Origin: Bacteroidales bacterium
GTDB taxonomy: Bacteria > Bacteroidota > Bacteroidia > Bacteroidales > VadinHA17
Direction of reading: 5' to 3'
DNA length: 64,000 bases
NCBI GenBank assembly: GCA_038248855.1
Contig: JBBRXA010000010.1
Coordinates: 1,315-65,314, forward strand
The position numbers and the translations under genes are program-made. This document shows positions 1 through 9,835 of the stretch, piece by piece. The notes beneath the pieces are model-generated. The model was given only the letters and a program-made list of their open reading frames with translations, did no database searches and was not told the DNA's origin. Every line of letters starts with the position of its first letter. Position 1 is the stretch's first letter.

Positions 1-106
1 CTCGAGATCAAGGCGGGGTTAAGGTTCTAGGAAGCCGGAATGTCCACGTCATATATTTTCTCCGGATTTTATGCCTGAATAGGTTTTTTTAGGCGATTTT
101 TGTAAG

Positions 107-214
107 ATGAAAACAAAGATCGAAACCAGGTATGCAGCGCACCCCGATGATGTAAAGCACTGGGATACCATGCGCTTACGGAAGGAACATCTCGAAGGCG
201 AATACCGCAACTGA
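107..214 (+). pseudogene. possible remnant of kduI (5-dehydro-4-deoxy-D-glucuronate isomerase), first 35 codons only
   Basis: ORF below the track cutoff (ATG 107, TGA 212-214): MKTKIETRYAAHPDDVKHWDTMRLRKEHLEGEYRN. From memory it resembles the N-terminus of Bacteroidetes KduI (about 280 aa). Far too short to be functional. Confidence 0.25.
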
Positions 215-273
215 TAAGCGAATTCGAAAGTTCGCTGCCCGATAAACCCGCCTGGAAATAAAAGCTGAAGAAG

Positions 274-1536
274 ATGTTATTTTTTGCGACAGGAGGATCT
301 GAAAAAGATCTTCAAAAAGAAGACCTGAAGAAGGCCCTGAAAGTTACACTTGATTCTTTCATTGACAGGAAGAGAATAGCTGTAATTCCGCCCGATATCA
401 CCCGTGCCCACTCCGGCGCGGGTATGATTACCGAAATACTATATAACCTGCTTCATGAAAGGATTAAGGACATTCTGCCCGCCCTTGGCACCCACACGCC
501 GATGGAAAAGGCAGAGATCTCAAAAATGTACGGTTCCACTCCCGATTCCCTGTTCAGGGAACACAATTGGCGGAGTGATATTGAGGAACTGGGAAGAGTG
601 CCTTCTTCCTTTATCAGGAAAGTAACGGGAGGAAGACTTGATTTCGACTACCCGGTACAGGTAAACAGGCTTCTTTCATCGGGGAACCATGACCTCCTGA
701 TCTCTGTCGGGCAGGTGGTGCCTCACGAGGTGACCGGGATGGCCAACTACAACAAGAACATTTTTGTCGGATGCGGAGGAAGCGAGGCAATCAATAAAAG
801 TCATTTCATTGGCGCCGTCCACGGCATTGAAAACATTCTCGGTACCATTGACAACCCTGTAAGAAAGGTACTTAACGAGGCTTCCGAAATTGCGGCCGAC
901 CGGCTGCCGCTTGTCTATATCCTTACTGTAATAGCCCCTGACGCCTCCGGGGCGCTGAAGATGAGAGGACTTTTTATTGGTGATGATATTGAGTGTTTCA
1001 CACTTGCTGCAGAACTTTCACAAAAAGTGAATTTCACCACCCTTGAGGAGAGGCTGAAGAAAGTGGTGGTATACCTTGATCCTGAAGAGTTTAAGAGCAC
1101 ATGGCTGGGCAACAAGAGCATTTACCGCACCCGAATGGCCATTGCTGACAGGGGCGAACTCATTGTGCTGGCTCCGGGAGTCAGAACTTTCGGCGAGGAT
1201 CCCGAGATTGACAGGATGATCAGAAAATACGGTTACAGGACCACCCCGGAGATACTTGACTTTGTATCAGGGAATGAAGATCTGCAGAATAATCTGAGCG
1301 CCGCCGCCCATCTGATACACGGATCTCCTGAAAACAGATTCACCGTGAGGTATGCCACAACACACCTCGCGGCTGCAGACATCGAATCGGCAGGATACAG
1401 TCACGGGAATCTTAACGAGCTCATACAAAGGTACGATCCTGAAAAGCTGAAGACAGGATTCAATACATTGCCTGACGGCGAAGAGATTTTCTATATTCCC
1501 AATCCTGCAACCGGACTCTGGAAAGCGCAAAAGTAG
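274..1536 (+). CDS. LarA-like / DUF2088 (lactate racemase N-terminal domain) family protein
   Basis: 420-aa ORF with ATG start. The core GQVVPHEVTGMANYNKNIFVGCGG resembles the LarA PH..aG.sGG.K region. Assigned from remembered family pattern only. Confidence 0.45.
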   Translation: MLFFATGGSEKDLQKEDLKKALKVTLDSFIDRKRIAVIPPDITRAHSGAGMITEILYNLLHERIKDILPALGTHTPMEKAEISKMYGSTPDSLFREHNWRSDIEELGRVPSSFIRKVTGGRLDFDYPVQVNRLLSSGNHDLLISVGQVVPHEVTGMANYNKNIFVGCGGSEAINKSHFIGAVHGIENILGTIDNPVRKVLNEASEIAADRLPLVYILTVIAPDASGALKMRGLFIGDDIECFTLAAELSQKVNFTTLEERLKKVVVYLDPEEFKSTWLGNKSIYRTRMAIADRGELIVLAPGVRTFGEDPEIDRMIRKYGYRTTPEILDFVSGNEDLQNNLSAAAHLIHGSPENRFTVRYATTHLAAADIESAGYSHGNLNELIQRYDPEKLKTGFNTLPDGEEIFYIPNPATGLWKAQK

Positions 1537-1537
1537 T

Positions 1538-2665
1538 GTGATGAAGATTGTAATCGACGACAAAATCCCTTTCATCAGGGGTGTTTTTGAACCTTACGCT
1601 GAGGTTGTTTATATTGCCGGCCGTGCCATTAACGCACAGACTGTTGCTGATGCCGATGCACTGATAATTCGGACTAGGACAAAATGCAACAGCCAGCTCC
1701 TGAAGGGCAGCACGGTAAAGATCATTGCTTCGGCCACCATAGGCTTTGACCATATTGACACGCAGTGGTGCGAATCAGAGAATATCAGGTGGGTGAACGC
1801 CCCCGGATGCAACTCCGGATCGGTGATGCAGTATATCATTGCCTCCCTTTTTTACCTCGCCGCGAAGAATTCTCTTGACCTTCGCTCCATGACACTCGGG
1901 GTGGTGGGAGTTGGAAATGTCGGAACGAAGGTTGTCAGAGCGGCAAAAGCCATTGGCATGAATGTACTTCAGAATGACCCTCCGCGGAAACGACGTGAGG
2001 GATTGAAAGACTTTATCTCTCTTGACAAACTGCTTACAGATTCAGATATCGTTACCGTTCATGTCCCGCTGAACAGAAGCGGCCAGGACAAAACATGTTA
2101 CCTGATAAACAGCAGGAACCTGGTTGAAATGAAGAATGACAGTATCCTGATAAACACCTCGAGGGGAGAGGTGGTTGACAACCGCGCACTGCGTGCCGCC
2201 ATATCAAAGGATCAGATAGGCGGTGCCGTTCTGGATGTATGGGAGGGAGAGCCTGAGGCTGACCCTGCACTGATAAAATTAGTGGACCTGGCGACTCCCC
2301 ATATTGCGGGATACTCGATTGACGGAAAGGCTAATGCAACTGTCAGAGTCGTCAGGGAAGTGGCGGAGACGCTTCACCTTCCACTCAGTGAATGGCAGCC
2401 GGAGTCATTGCCGAAACCTCAGGATCTGCTTATCGACCTGACCGATAATGCCGGAATACACACCTCTGCCGGGCTGGCCGGCATTGCAGTAAACAGAACA
2501 TATCCCGTCAGGGAAGATGATATTCTTTTTAGAAAAGAACCGCTGAAATTCGAGTATTTTCGCGATAATTACAGGATCCGCAGAGAATTCGGTTCCTATT
2601 CTGTAAAGGTGAATGATGAAGATGCCCGCGAAATGATGTCGGGACTGGGATTTAATATTGTATAA
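1538..2665 (+). CDS. pdxB: erythronate-4-phosphate dehydrogenase (D-2-hydroxyacid dehydrogenase family)
   Basis: 375 aa with NAD-binding GVVGVGNVG. The MKIVIDDKIPF N-terminus and the extra C-terminal domain are typical of PdxB. Starts 2 nt after the upstream stop. Confidence 0.75.
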   Translation: MMKIVIDDKIPFIRGVFEPYAEVVYIAGRAINAQTVADADALIIRTRTKCNSQLLKGSTVKIIASATIGFDHIDTQWCESENIRWVNAPGCNSGSVMQYIIASLFYLAAKNSLDLRSMTLGVVGVGNVGTKVVRAAKAIGMNVLQNDPPRKRREGLKDFISLDKLLTDSDIVTVHVPLNRSGQDKTCYLINSRNLVEMKNDSILINTSRGEVVDNRALRAAISKDQIGGAVLDVWEGEPEADPALIKLVDLATPHIAGYSIDGKANATVRVVREVAETLHLPLSEWQPESLPKPQDLLIDLTDNAGIHTSAGLAGIAVNRTYPVREDDILFRKEPLKFEYFRDNYRIRREFGSYSVKVNDEDAREMMSGLGFNIV

Positions 2666-2698
2666 GACTTTTTAGAAATTTAAAAACTCAATGACGAT

Positions 2699-4147
2699 AT
2701 GAAAGCTGATATAGGACTTATAGGACTCGCTGTAATGGGCGAGAATCTTGTTCTGAACATCGAAAGCAGGGGCTTTACAGTTGCCGTGTTCAACCGCTCG
2801 ACAGACAAGGTAACCGGTTTTGTCAACGGACGGGGAAAGGGGAAAAAGATCATTCCCTCCTACTCGCTTGAAGAACTGATAGGGAACCTGAGCCTTCCCA
2901 GGAAAGTGATGCTGATGGTCAAAGCCGGCCAGCCTGTGGATGATTTTATCGACAAACTGATCCCCCTTCTCGCTAAGGGTGATATAATAATCGAAGGAGG
3001 CAATTCGCATTTTCCGGATACAATACGACGGACAAAATATGTCGAAAGTAAAGGCCTGCTTTATATCGGGACAGGTGTTTCCGGCGGTGAGGAAGGCGCC
3101 CTTCTGGGCCCGTCGCTTATGCCCGGAGGATCAAAGGCAGCATGGCCGTATGTAAAGGACATCTTCCACTCAATTTCGGCAAAGACAGCCGACGGCGCTT
3201 CCTGCTGCGCATGGATCGGCGATAACGGCGCCGGACACTTCGTCAAGATGGCTCATAACGGAATCGAGTACGGTGATATGCAGCTTATATGCGAGGCGTA
3301 CCACCTTTTTCATGATATCGGCGGCTTCACCCACGACGAGATGGCTGACATTTTCACGGAGTGGAACAAGGCAGAACTCGATTCCTACCTGATCGAAATC
3401 ACCGGCGAGATATTGAGATTCAAAGACACTGACGGGTCGCCCATAGTCACGAAAATACTCGATTCAGCCGGCCAGAAGGGTACAGGCAAATGGACTGTCA
3501 TCAGTGCACTTGATCTGGGAGTGCCGCTGAGCCTTATCGGCGAGTCGGTTTTTGCCCGGATGATCTCTTCGATGAAAGACGAAAGAGTAAATGCATCAAA
3601 AATCTTCAGTGATCCGCGAAAAGAAAAGATTGCCGACAAGCAGCAGTTTATCGATGACATTCGCAAAGCACTCTATTGCTCCAAGATAGTCTCCTATGCC
3701 CAGGGCTTCAATCTGCTTAAAAATGCCGCAAAGGAGTACGGCTGGGATCTTAACTACGGTGAGATAGCAATGATCTGGAGGGGCGGCTGTATCATCAGAT
3801 CTGCATTTCTTAACAAGATATACGAGGCATTTACAAGGGATCCGAAACTTGCGAACCTGATCATAGACGGCTATTTCTCAGGCATCCTGACGGCGAATAC
3901 AGAAAGCTGGCGCAGGGTGATTTCAACCGCTGCCCTGAACGGCGTTCCTTTGCCGGCGATGAGCGCAGCACTATCATGGTTTGACAGCTACAGGTCTGCC
4001 TGGCTGCCGGCGAATCTTCTCCAGGCCCAGCGGGATTATTTCGGAGCACACACGTACAGACGCACCGACAAACCTGCGGACGAGGTTTTTCATACCAACT
4101 GGACCGGACGCGGAGGAGATACTGCTTCTTCAACATATAATGCCTGA
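2699..4147 (+). CDS. gnd: 6-phosphogluconate dehydrogenase, decarboxylating
   Basis: 482 aa. GLIGLAVMGENLVLN Rossmann motif, GNSHF, GIEYGDMQLI and the RDYFGAHTY C-terminal motif are all canonical. Confidence 0.95.
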   Translation: MKADIGLIGLAVMGENLVLNIESRGFTVAVFNRSTDKVTGFVNGRGKGKKIIPSYSLEELIGNLSLPRKVMLMVKAGQPVDDFIDKLIPLLAKGDIIIEGGNSHFPDTIRRTKYVESKGLLYIGTGVSGGEEGALLGPSLMPGGSKAAWPYVKDIFHSISAKTADGASCCAWIGDNGAGHFVKMAHNGIEYGDMQLICEAYHLFHDIGGFTHDEMADIFTEWNKAELDSYLIEITGEILRFKDTDGSPIVTKILDSAGQKGTGKWTVISALDLGVPLSLIGESVFARMISSMKDERVNASKIFSDPRKEKIADKQQFIDDIRKALYCSKIVSYAQGFNLLKNAAKEYGWDLNYGEIAMIWRGGCIIRSAFLNKIYEAFTRDPKLANLIIDGYFSGILTANTESWRRVISTAALNGVPLPAMSAALSWFDSYRSAWLPANLLQAQRDYFGAHTYRRTDKPADEVFHTNWTGRGGDTASSTYNA

Positions 4148-4175
4148 GGAACACCTCACTTTTTGCTTATTTGTC

Positions 4176-4183
4176 TAATTTTG
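4176..4183 (+). promoter_or_regulatory. Bacteroidetes sigma-A -7 box (TAATTTTG)
   Basis: Matches TAnnTTTG, 26 nt upstream of ATG 4210. It lies inside the TTG-initiated ORF extension, so it argues for the 4210 start of tkt. Confidence 0.45.
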
Positions 4184-4209
4184 GACAAACATTTAAACTG
4201 ATTGATACT

Positions 4210-6258
4210 ATGAAAAAGACCATACACATGCAGGCTGCCGATAATATGCGGATACTCTCCATGGCAATGGTGGAGAAAGCCAACTCCGGCCATCCCGGGG
4301 GAGCAATGGGCGGAGCAGACTTCATTCATATCCTCTTCTCTGAATTTATGAATTTTGATCCGGCAGATCCCAGGTGGATTAACCGCGACCGCTTCTTTCT
4401 TGACCCGGGACACATGTCCCCGATGCTTTACTCGGTGCTGACACTGACCGGCCACTTCACCCTGGAAGAGCTGCAGAGCTTCCGACAGTGGGGAAGCCCC
4501 ACACCGGGTCACCCGGAACTGGATATTGCCCGGGCAGTCGAAAACACCTCCGGCCCGTTGGGACAGGGTCATACAATGGCCGTAGGCGCTGCCATAGCGG
4601 AACGGTTTCTCGCAGCCCGCTTCGGCAACCTGTTTGAGCACAAGACATTTTCCTATATCTCCGACGGCGGCGTACAGGAAGAGATCTCACAGGGGGCGGG
4701 ACGGCTTGCCGGACATCTGGGACTGAACAACCTGATCCTCTTTTACGATTCAAATGATATTCAGCTTTCCACCGAAACTTCTGCGGTGACCTCTGAAGAC
4801 ACGGCTGCAAAATACAAGGCGTGGGGATGGCGCGTGATGTCAATTGACGGCCACAGCCACAACCAGATACGGGGTGCCTTGCGAATGGCGGTTGATGAAA
4901 AGGAAAAACCCGTAATGATCATTGGCAAGACTGCTATGGGAAAAGGTCTTGTAGATGAGAACGGAAACAGCTTCGAGGGCAAGACATCAACCCACGGTCA
5001 GCCCGTAACACATGCCGGTGCTTCGTTTAAAAAGTCTGTCGCCAACCTGGGAGGCGACCCTGAGAATCCCTTCCTTATTTTTGACGAGGTAAAAGAATTG
5101 TATACGGGTGTTCTGGCCTCCAAAACGGCCGCAGCAAAGGAATGGAGAAAGAAGAAGACCGCCTGGGATGCGAAGAATGCTGATGCTGCCCGCTTGCTCA
5201 ACGGCTTTTATTCAGGAGAAATACCGGCGATCGATTTTGGTTCAATAGCCCAGAAGGAAAACGATGCAACAAGGAATGCATCGGCAGCTGTGCTGGCCCA
5301 CCTGGCAGTGGCGGTACCAAATATGATTGTTGCATCGGCAGACCTTTCCAATTCAGACAAGACCGACGGGTTTCTCAAAAAGACCAAACCTTTTGCACGC
5401 GGAGACTTCTCCGGAGCTTTTCTCCATGCCGGCGTGTCAGAGCTTACAATGGCGGCCGTCATGAACGGAATGGCGCTGCACGGCGGCATCATACCCGTAT
5501 GCGGAACCTTCTTCGTCTTTTCTGACTACATGAAGCCCGCCGTACGCCTTGCAGCTCTGATGGAACTGCCTGTCAAATACATCTGGACGCATGATGCTTT
5601 CAGGGTCGGTGAGGATGGTCCAACCCACCAGCCGGTGGAACAGGAAGCCCAGATCCGTCTGATGGAGCATCTGAAAAACCATCACGGTAAAAACAGCATG
5701 CTTGTACTCAGGCCGGCTGATGCCATAGAGACAAATGTTGCCTGGAAACTGGCGCTGGAAAATAAGAAGTCGCCAACAGCACTCATACTCTCACGTCAGA
5801 ATATCAAAACACTGCCATCCACCGGTAAACCCAGGGCTAAGTCGGCTGAGATGGCAGCGAAAGGAGCATATACTGTCGCCGGATCTTCGGGAAAACCGGA
5901 TGTGATTATGGTAGCCAGCGGCTCCGAAGTAGCCACACTTGTCGAAGGTGCCGCACTGCTTACAGGTGAAGGGATAAAGACCAGAATAGTCTCGGCACCC
6001 TCAGAGGGACTCTTCAGGATGCAGGATAAAAAGTACCGTGAAAGCGTTCTGACGCCGGGGATACCGGTATTCTGCCTGACGGCCGGCCTGCCGGTAACGA
6101 TGATCGGTTTTGCCGGTTCAGCAGGAAGGATATGGGGGGTTGAGAGCTTCGGTTATTCGGCACCCTATAATGTGCTTGACCGGGAGTTCGGTTTCACGGG
6201 TGAAAATGTTGCAGTACAGGTCAGAAAATACCTTAAGGAACTGAACATTGTCAGGTAA
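4210..6258 (+). CDS. tkt: transketolase
   Basis: SGHPGGAMG ThDP motif and GEDGPTHQPVE motif. The track ORF opens at TTG 4171; ATG 4210 (MKKTIHMQ) is preferred. Confidence 0.95.
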   Translation: MKKTIHMQAADNMRILSMAMVEKANSGHPGGAMGGADFIHILFSEFMNFDPADPRWINRDRFFLDPGHMSPMLYSVLTLTGHFTLEELQSFRQWGSPTPGHPELDIARAVENTSGPLGQGHTMAVGAAIAERFLAARFGNLFEHKTFSYISDGGVQEEISQGAGRLAGHLGLNNLILFYDSNDIQLSTETSAVTSEDTAAKYKAWGWRVMSIDGHSHNQIRGALRMAVDEKEKPVMIIGKTAMGKGLVDENGNSFEGKTSTHGQPVTHAGASFKKSVANLGGDPENPFLIFDEVKELYTGVLASKTAAAKEWRKKKTAWDAKNADAARLLNGFYSGEIPAIDFGSIAQKENDATRNASAAVLAHLAVAVPNMIVASADLSNSDKTDGFLKKTKPFARGDFSGAFLHAGVSELTMAAVMNGMALHGGIIPVCGTFFVFSDYMKPAVRLAALMELPVKYIWTHDAFRVGEDGPTHQPVEQEAQIRLMEHLKNHHGKNSMLVLRPADAIETNVAWKLALENKKSPTALILSRQNIKTLPSTGKPRAKSAEMAAKGAYTVAGSSGKPDVIMVASGSEVATLVEGAALLTGEGIKTRIVSAPSEGLFRMQDKKYRESVLTPGIPVFCLTAGLPVTMIGFAGSAGRIWGVESFGYSAPYNVLDREFGFTGENVAVQVRKYLKELNIVR

Positions 6259-6292
6259 TTCCGGTTTAGTATACAACCTAAAACAAAAAGCC

Positions 6293-6850
6293 ATGAAAAT
6301 CTTAAAATGGATCCTGATTGTTGTGGTCGTACTGGTGGTACTCGTTACAGCCATCGGTTATATGCTTCCGCGTGAGGTGGTTGTTGTCACTTCTGAAGAG
6401 ATCAAACAACCTCCCCAGAAAGTGTTTCACTTTGTTGCCGGCTTTGTTGACCGCACTGCATGGGACCCCTGGATTAAAAGTGACACAGCCACAAAATGCA
6501 CTTTCGACCTCAGACCGGATTACACAGGCTCAAAATATATGTGGGAGGGTCCGAAAATCGGAACCGGTGTTATGGAAGTCGATTCTGTTGTCATCGGATC
6601 ATATATCCTTAACAGTGTCTCATTTATGAAGGGTACAACCATTCCGGAAGAGTGGACTTTCACACAGTCAGGTGACGGCACCCGTATGACATGGACCATT
6701 ACGATGGCTTCAGATTCACCTCTTGAACGACTGATGAACTCTATGTTCAAGGGGATGATACAGAAGACAATTGACAGCGGCAAGGCCGACCTGAAGAATT
6801 ATCTTGAAACACACGAGGTAATAATGCCGGACTCCATTCCCGGGGAGTGA
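6293..6850 (+). CDS. membrane-anchored SRPBCC (START/polyketide-cyclase-like) family protein
   Basis: The likely start is the MKILKWILIVVVVLVVLV TM anchor, inside track ORF 6248-6850. It is followed by an SRPBCC-like domain of about 160 aa. Weak, pattern-based. Confidence 0.45.
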   Translation: MKILKWILIVVVVLVVLVTAIGYMLPREVVVVTSEEIKQPPQKVFHFVAGFVDRTAWDPWIKSDTATKCTFDLRPDYTGSKYMWEGPKIGTGVMEVDSVVIGSYILNSVSFMKGTTIPEEWTFTQSGDGTRMTWTITMASDSPLERLMNSMFKGMIQKTIDSGKADLKNYLETHEVIMPDSIPGE

Positions 6851-6853
6851 TTT

Positions 6854-7456
6854 CTACTTCCAGTCGGACTGATACCACCCCCGTACGTCAGTGGCTGTCA
6901 TTCCTGCTCTCTTTGCAGCTTCGATACCCAGGTCGCCGTCTTCAAAGACCTCACAGAAATGCGGTTCAACACCCATCAGTTCAGCACATCGCAGGAAGGT
7001 TTCAGGATCGGGTTTGTGTCGCTCCACATCATTGGCGGTCACTATTATTTCGAAGTATTTCCGCAGACCGGTGATCTCGAGGGTCTTTTCAACTGCCTCC
7101 CTGTGCCCTCCCGTTCCAACAGCCATTGGCAGTATGCCGCTGTATTTGCGGGCCAGGGCCGCAACAGGCTCTATTGCAGTGACAAGATGCTGGATCGTAA
7201 AAAACTCATCCAGCTTAACCTGCATGATATCATCCACGGAAACCTTCCCTGACATCCCGTTCTGTTCAATCACGGCCTCCGCGATTGTCCATCCCGGTGC
7301 ACCGGTATAGCTCTGAAGGAAAGCCGTATCCATCTCGATCCCGAATCTTCTGCAGGCTTTCTGCCATGCCTGGAAGTGATATGGCATGGTGTCAGCAAGT
7401 GTACCGTCAAGGTCAAATATCAGGGCTTTCGTTCCCGGTGTAATGTCGTGGGTCAT
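6854..7456 (-). CDS. HAD-IA hydrolase, beta-phosphoglucomutase-like
   Basis: LIFDLDGTLADT (motif I) and EDGDLGIEAAKRAGM (motif IV), 200 aa. Confidence 0.8.
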   Translation of the reverse strand: MTHDITPGTKALIFDLDGTLADTMPYHFQAWQKACRRFGIEMDTAFLQSYTGAPGWTIAEAVIEQNGMSGKVSVDDIMQVKLDEFFTIQHLVTAIEPVAALARKYSGILPMAVGTGGHREAVEKTLEITGLRKYFEIIVTANDVERHKPDPETFLRCAELMGVEPHFCEVFEDGDLGIEAAKRAGMTATDVRGWYQSDWK

Positions 7457-7473
7457 ACTTTTAATTTGTGCCG

Positions 7474-7481
7474 CAAATGTA
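7474..7481 (-). promoter_or_regulatory. -7 box (TACATTTG on minus strand)
   Basis: TAnnTTTG match 17 nt upstream of the HAD start codon. Confidence 0.4.
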
Positions 7482-7528
7482 GGGAAATATGAATAAAGAA
7501 TTATGAACCATGGCAGACATTATGACTT

Positions 7529-7617
7529 TCAGACCCTCAGACCTCAGACCTCAGTCCGCCTGCTGGCGGATCAGACCTCAGACCTCAGACCTCAGTCCGC
7601 CTGCTGGCGGATCAGAC
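7529..7617. repeat. 41-42 nt tandem repeat (2.1 copies), each copy being 3x TCAGACC heptads plus a TCCGCC-TGCT-GGCGGA hairpin
   Basis: Read directly. Copy 1 is 7529-7570, copy 2 is 7571-7611, and a partial TCAGAC follows at 7612-7617. It sits in the divergent promoter region between the HAD and mnmD-like genes. Confidence 0.9.
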
Positions 7618-7626
7618 ATTTTGAGG

Positions 7627-7634
7627 TATCTTTG
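7627..7634 (+). promoter_or_regulatory. -7 box (TATCTTTG)
   Basis: TAnnTTTG match just upstream of the mnmD-like ORF. It is only 8 nt before ATG 7643, so the internal Met at 7661 (MADRLRL) may be the real start. Confidence 0.4.
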
Positions 7635-7642
7635 CGGATCTG

Positions 7643-8326
7643 ATGGGTAAAGTTGACAACATGGCTGACCGCTTGAGACTTCAGGTTACCGGTGACGGAT
7701 CGCATACGCTTTATGTAGAGTCCCTTGATGAGCATTACCACTCACATTTCGGGGCACTTACAGAGTCAAGGCACATATTCATCAATGCCGGCCTGGGATA
7801 CTGCCGGGGAGAGAGCATTTCCATCCTTGAGGCGGGTTTCGGCACCGGACTCAATGCACTGCTGACAGCGCTGTACGCTGAGGAAAACAGGAAGCATGTA
7901 AGTTATGTGACCCTTGAAAAATATCCGCTTCCGGATGACCTTTTAGATAAGCTTAATTATGCCGTAATGACCGGCAGCAGGGGAAAATGGATGTTTGATG
8001 CCATCCACGCGGCAGCCTGGGAAACGCCAGTGGTGCTGACCCCCAGGTTCACAATCTGTAAAAAGAAATTCGACCTTACTGCAGATACTCTTTCCGGGTC
8101 CTTCGACCTTATATATTATGACGCGTTCGGGCCTGACAAGCAGCCGGAGATGTGGACTCCCACGGTCATGGACAAAATAAATGCGGTGACCCGTGCAGGT
8201 ACTGTTTTTGTTACCTATTCTGCTAAGGGAAGCCTCAGGAGGATGCTCAAGGGTCTGGGTTTTGAGGTCTCCCTGCTTCCCGGACCTCCGGGCAAAAGGG
8301 TCATGACCAGGGCTGTGAAAAAATGA
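7643..8326 (+). CDS. mnmD: tRNA mnm5s2U34 methyltransferase, MnmC methyltransferase-domain family (DUF752)
   Basis: DGSHTLY...HYHS, SAM motif ILEAGFGTGLN, and YYDAFGPDKQPEMWT are typical of the stand-alone MnmC/MnmD methyltransferase domain. Confidence 0.7.
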   Translation: MGKVDNMADRLRLQVTGDGSHTLYVESLDEHYHSHFGALTESRHIFINAGLGYCRGESISILEAGFGTGLNALLTALYAEENRKHVSYVTLEKYPLPDDLLDKLNYAVMTGSRGKWMFDAIHAAAWETPVVLTPRFTICKKKFDLTADTLSGSFDLIYYDAFGPDKQPEMWTPTVMDKINAVTRAGTVFVTYSAKGSLRRMLKGLGFEVSLLPGPPGKRVMTRAVKK

Positions 8327-8362
8327 CGCCCTGACTGATGCTTCCTTTTAGGAAGGTATTGT

Positions 8363-8370
8363 TAACTTTG
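8363..8370 (+). promoter_or_regulatory. -7 box (TAACTTTG)
   Basis: TAnnTTTG match 21 nt upstream of ATG 8392. Confidence 0.45.
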
Positions 8371-8391
8371 CACAAAATTTGAAAACTCACT

Positions 8392-9081
8392 ATGAAACTC
8401 AAGAATGTAATAATCGCCGTTATCGCTGTCACGGTTCTGACTACAGCATCAGTCACAGCGCAGAAAGTAAAGCTGATCAGCAAGGAAGATTCGCTCTCAT
8501 ATGCTCTGGGTGTTGCGAATTTCAAATATTACCAGGCTGACAGTATCCTGATCAATACAAAACTGTTTTCAAAGGGGATGGCAGACGCGTCAAAGAATAA
8601 GGCACTGATGACCGATACAACTGCAAGTTCATTCATTGTAGGCTACATGGGAAACCGTGAAAAGGAAAGACTTCAGGCACAGTATAAAGTTCAGATTGAG
8701 GCTGGAAAGAAATTTCTTTCAGAGAATGCCCGTGAAGCCGGTGTTGTCACGCTTCCCAGCGGGTTGCAGTACAAAGCGGTGACCAAAGGCAGCGGCCCCC
8801 AACCCGGACCTGAAGAGGTTGTAAGTGTGCATTATACAGGCAAAACAATTGACGGTACGAAGTTTGACTCGTCGTATGACCGCGGTGAACCTGCCAGTTT
8901 CAGGGTAAGCAACGTCATTCGTGGATGGGTGGAAGGACTTCAGCTGATGCCGGCCGGATCAAAGTATATGCTTTACATTCCTTCAGACCTCGCCTACGGT
9001 GAAAGAGGCGCGGGCAGCATCATAAAACCCTTTGAAACACTAATCTTTGAGGTCGAACTGCTGGAGGTTATAAAAGAATAA
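8392..9081 (+). CDS. FKBP-type peptidyl-prolyl isomerase (Mip/FklB-like), secreted
   Basis: Signal peptide, then a C-terminal FKBP domain: [27 protein letters not shown]...VIRGWVEGLQLMPAGSKYMLYIPSDLAYG. Confidence 0.85.
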   Translation: MKLKNVIIAVIAVTVLTTASVTAQKVKLISKEDSLSYALGVANFKYYQADSILINTKLFSKGMADASKNKALMTDTTASSFIVGYMGNREKERLQAQYKVQIEAGKKFLSENAREAGVVTLPSGLQYKAVTKGSGPQPGPEEVVSVHYTGKTIDGTKFDSSYDRGEPASFRVSNVIRGWVEGLQLMPAGSKYMLYIPSDLAYGERGAGSIIKPFETLIFEVELLEVIKE

Positions 9082-9111
9082 TATCAGTAGCGTAGTTGAA
9101 AGTCAAAATGT

Positions 9112-9119
9112 TATCTTTG
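9112..9119 (+). promoter_or_regulatory. -7 box (TATCTTTG)
   Basis: TAnnTTTG match 26 nt upstream of ATG 9146. Confidence 0.45.
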
Positions 9120-9145
9120 CCAAAATTCAAATTAAAACATAAAAC

Positions 9146-9835
9146 ATGAAAATCAGAAGTTTAGTGATCCTCGCTGTGGCTACAGCTTTTATCGCAACAT
9201 CATGCAACCAGTCAGGCATAACCGGCACCAAGGTGAAAAGTGCCGATGACTCACTTGCATATGCACTTGGAATTGCAAGTTATTTTTACTATCAGGGTGA
9301 CAGTATTGACATAGATCCCGTTCTGTTTGCAAAAGGCATGATTGATTCAAAGAATGCCAAGAACACTCTTGATGAGACCACAGCACAGGGTTTCATTATG
9401 GGTTATATGCAGAAGAGACAGGCCGATCAGATGAAAGAAATGTACGGCAAAAATATTGATGCAGGCGAAAAATTCCTTGCAGAGAACAAGGCCCGTGAAG
9501 GTGTGACTGAAACCGCAAGCGGACTGCAGTATGAAGTTATTACAATGGGTACCGGCGAAAAACCGGCTGCTGAACAGACAGTTAAAGTTCATTATACCGG
9601 AACGCTTCTTGACGGAACCAAATTCGATTCATCAGTTGAGCGCGGCGAACCGGCTGAGTTTGGCGTAAACCAGGTTATCCCGGGCTGGCAGGAAGCTATT
9701 CAGCTTATGCCTGTAGGATCGAAGTTCAAATTCTATATTCCTTATGAACTTGCCTATGGTGAAGCCGGTACAGGCCCGATCCCTCCGTACTCAACACTCA
9801 TTTTCGAGGTTGAACTTATCGAAATCGTGAAGTAA
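9146..9835 (+). CDS. FKBP-type peptidyl-prolyl isomerase lipoprotein (paralog of the upstream gene)
   Basis: Lipobox IATSC. Same architecture and same length (229 aa) as 8392-9081. FKBP domain [18 protein letters not shown]...VIPGWQEA. Confidence 0.85.
   Translation: MKIRSLVILAVATAFIATSCNQSGITGTKVKSADDSLAYALGIASYFYYQGDSIDIDPVLFAKGMIDSKNAKNTLDETTAQGFIMGYMQKRQADQMKEMYGKNIDAGEKFLAENKAREGVTETASGLQYEVITMGTGEKPAAEQTVKVHYTGTLLDGTKFDSSVERGEPAEFGVNQVIPGWQEAIQLMPVGSKFKFYIPYELAYGEAGTGPIPPYSTLIFEVELIEIVK

Noticed and set aside
7529-7617. Possible CRISPR array
   Set aside because: There are only two directly abutting copies with no spacers, and no cas genes in the window. It is a tandem repeat.
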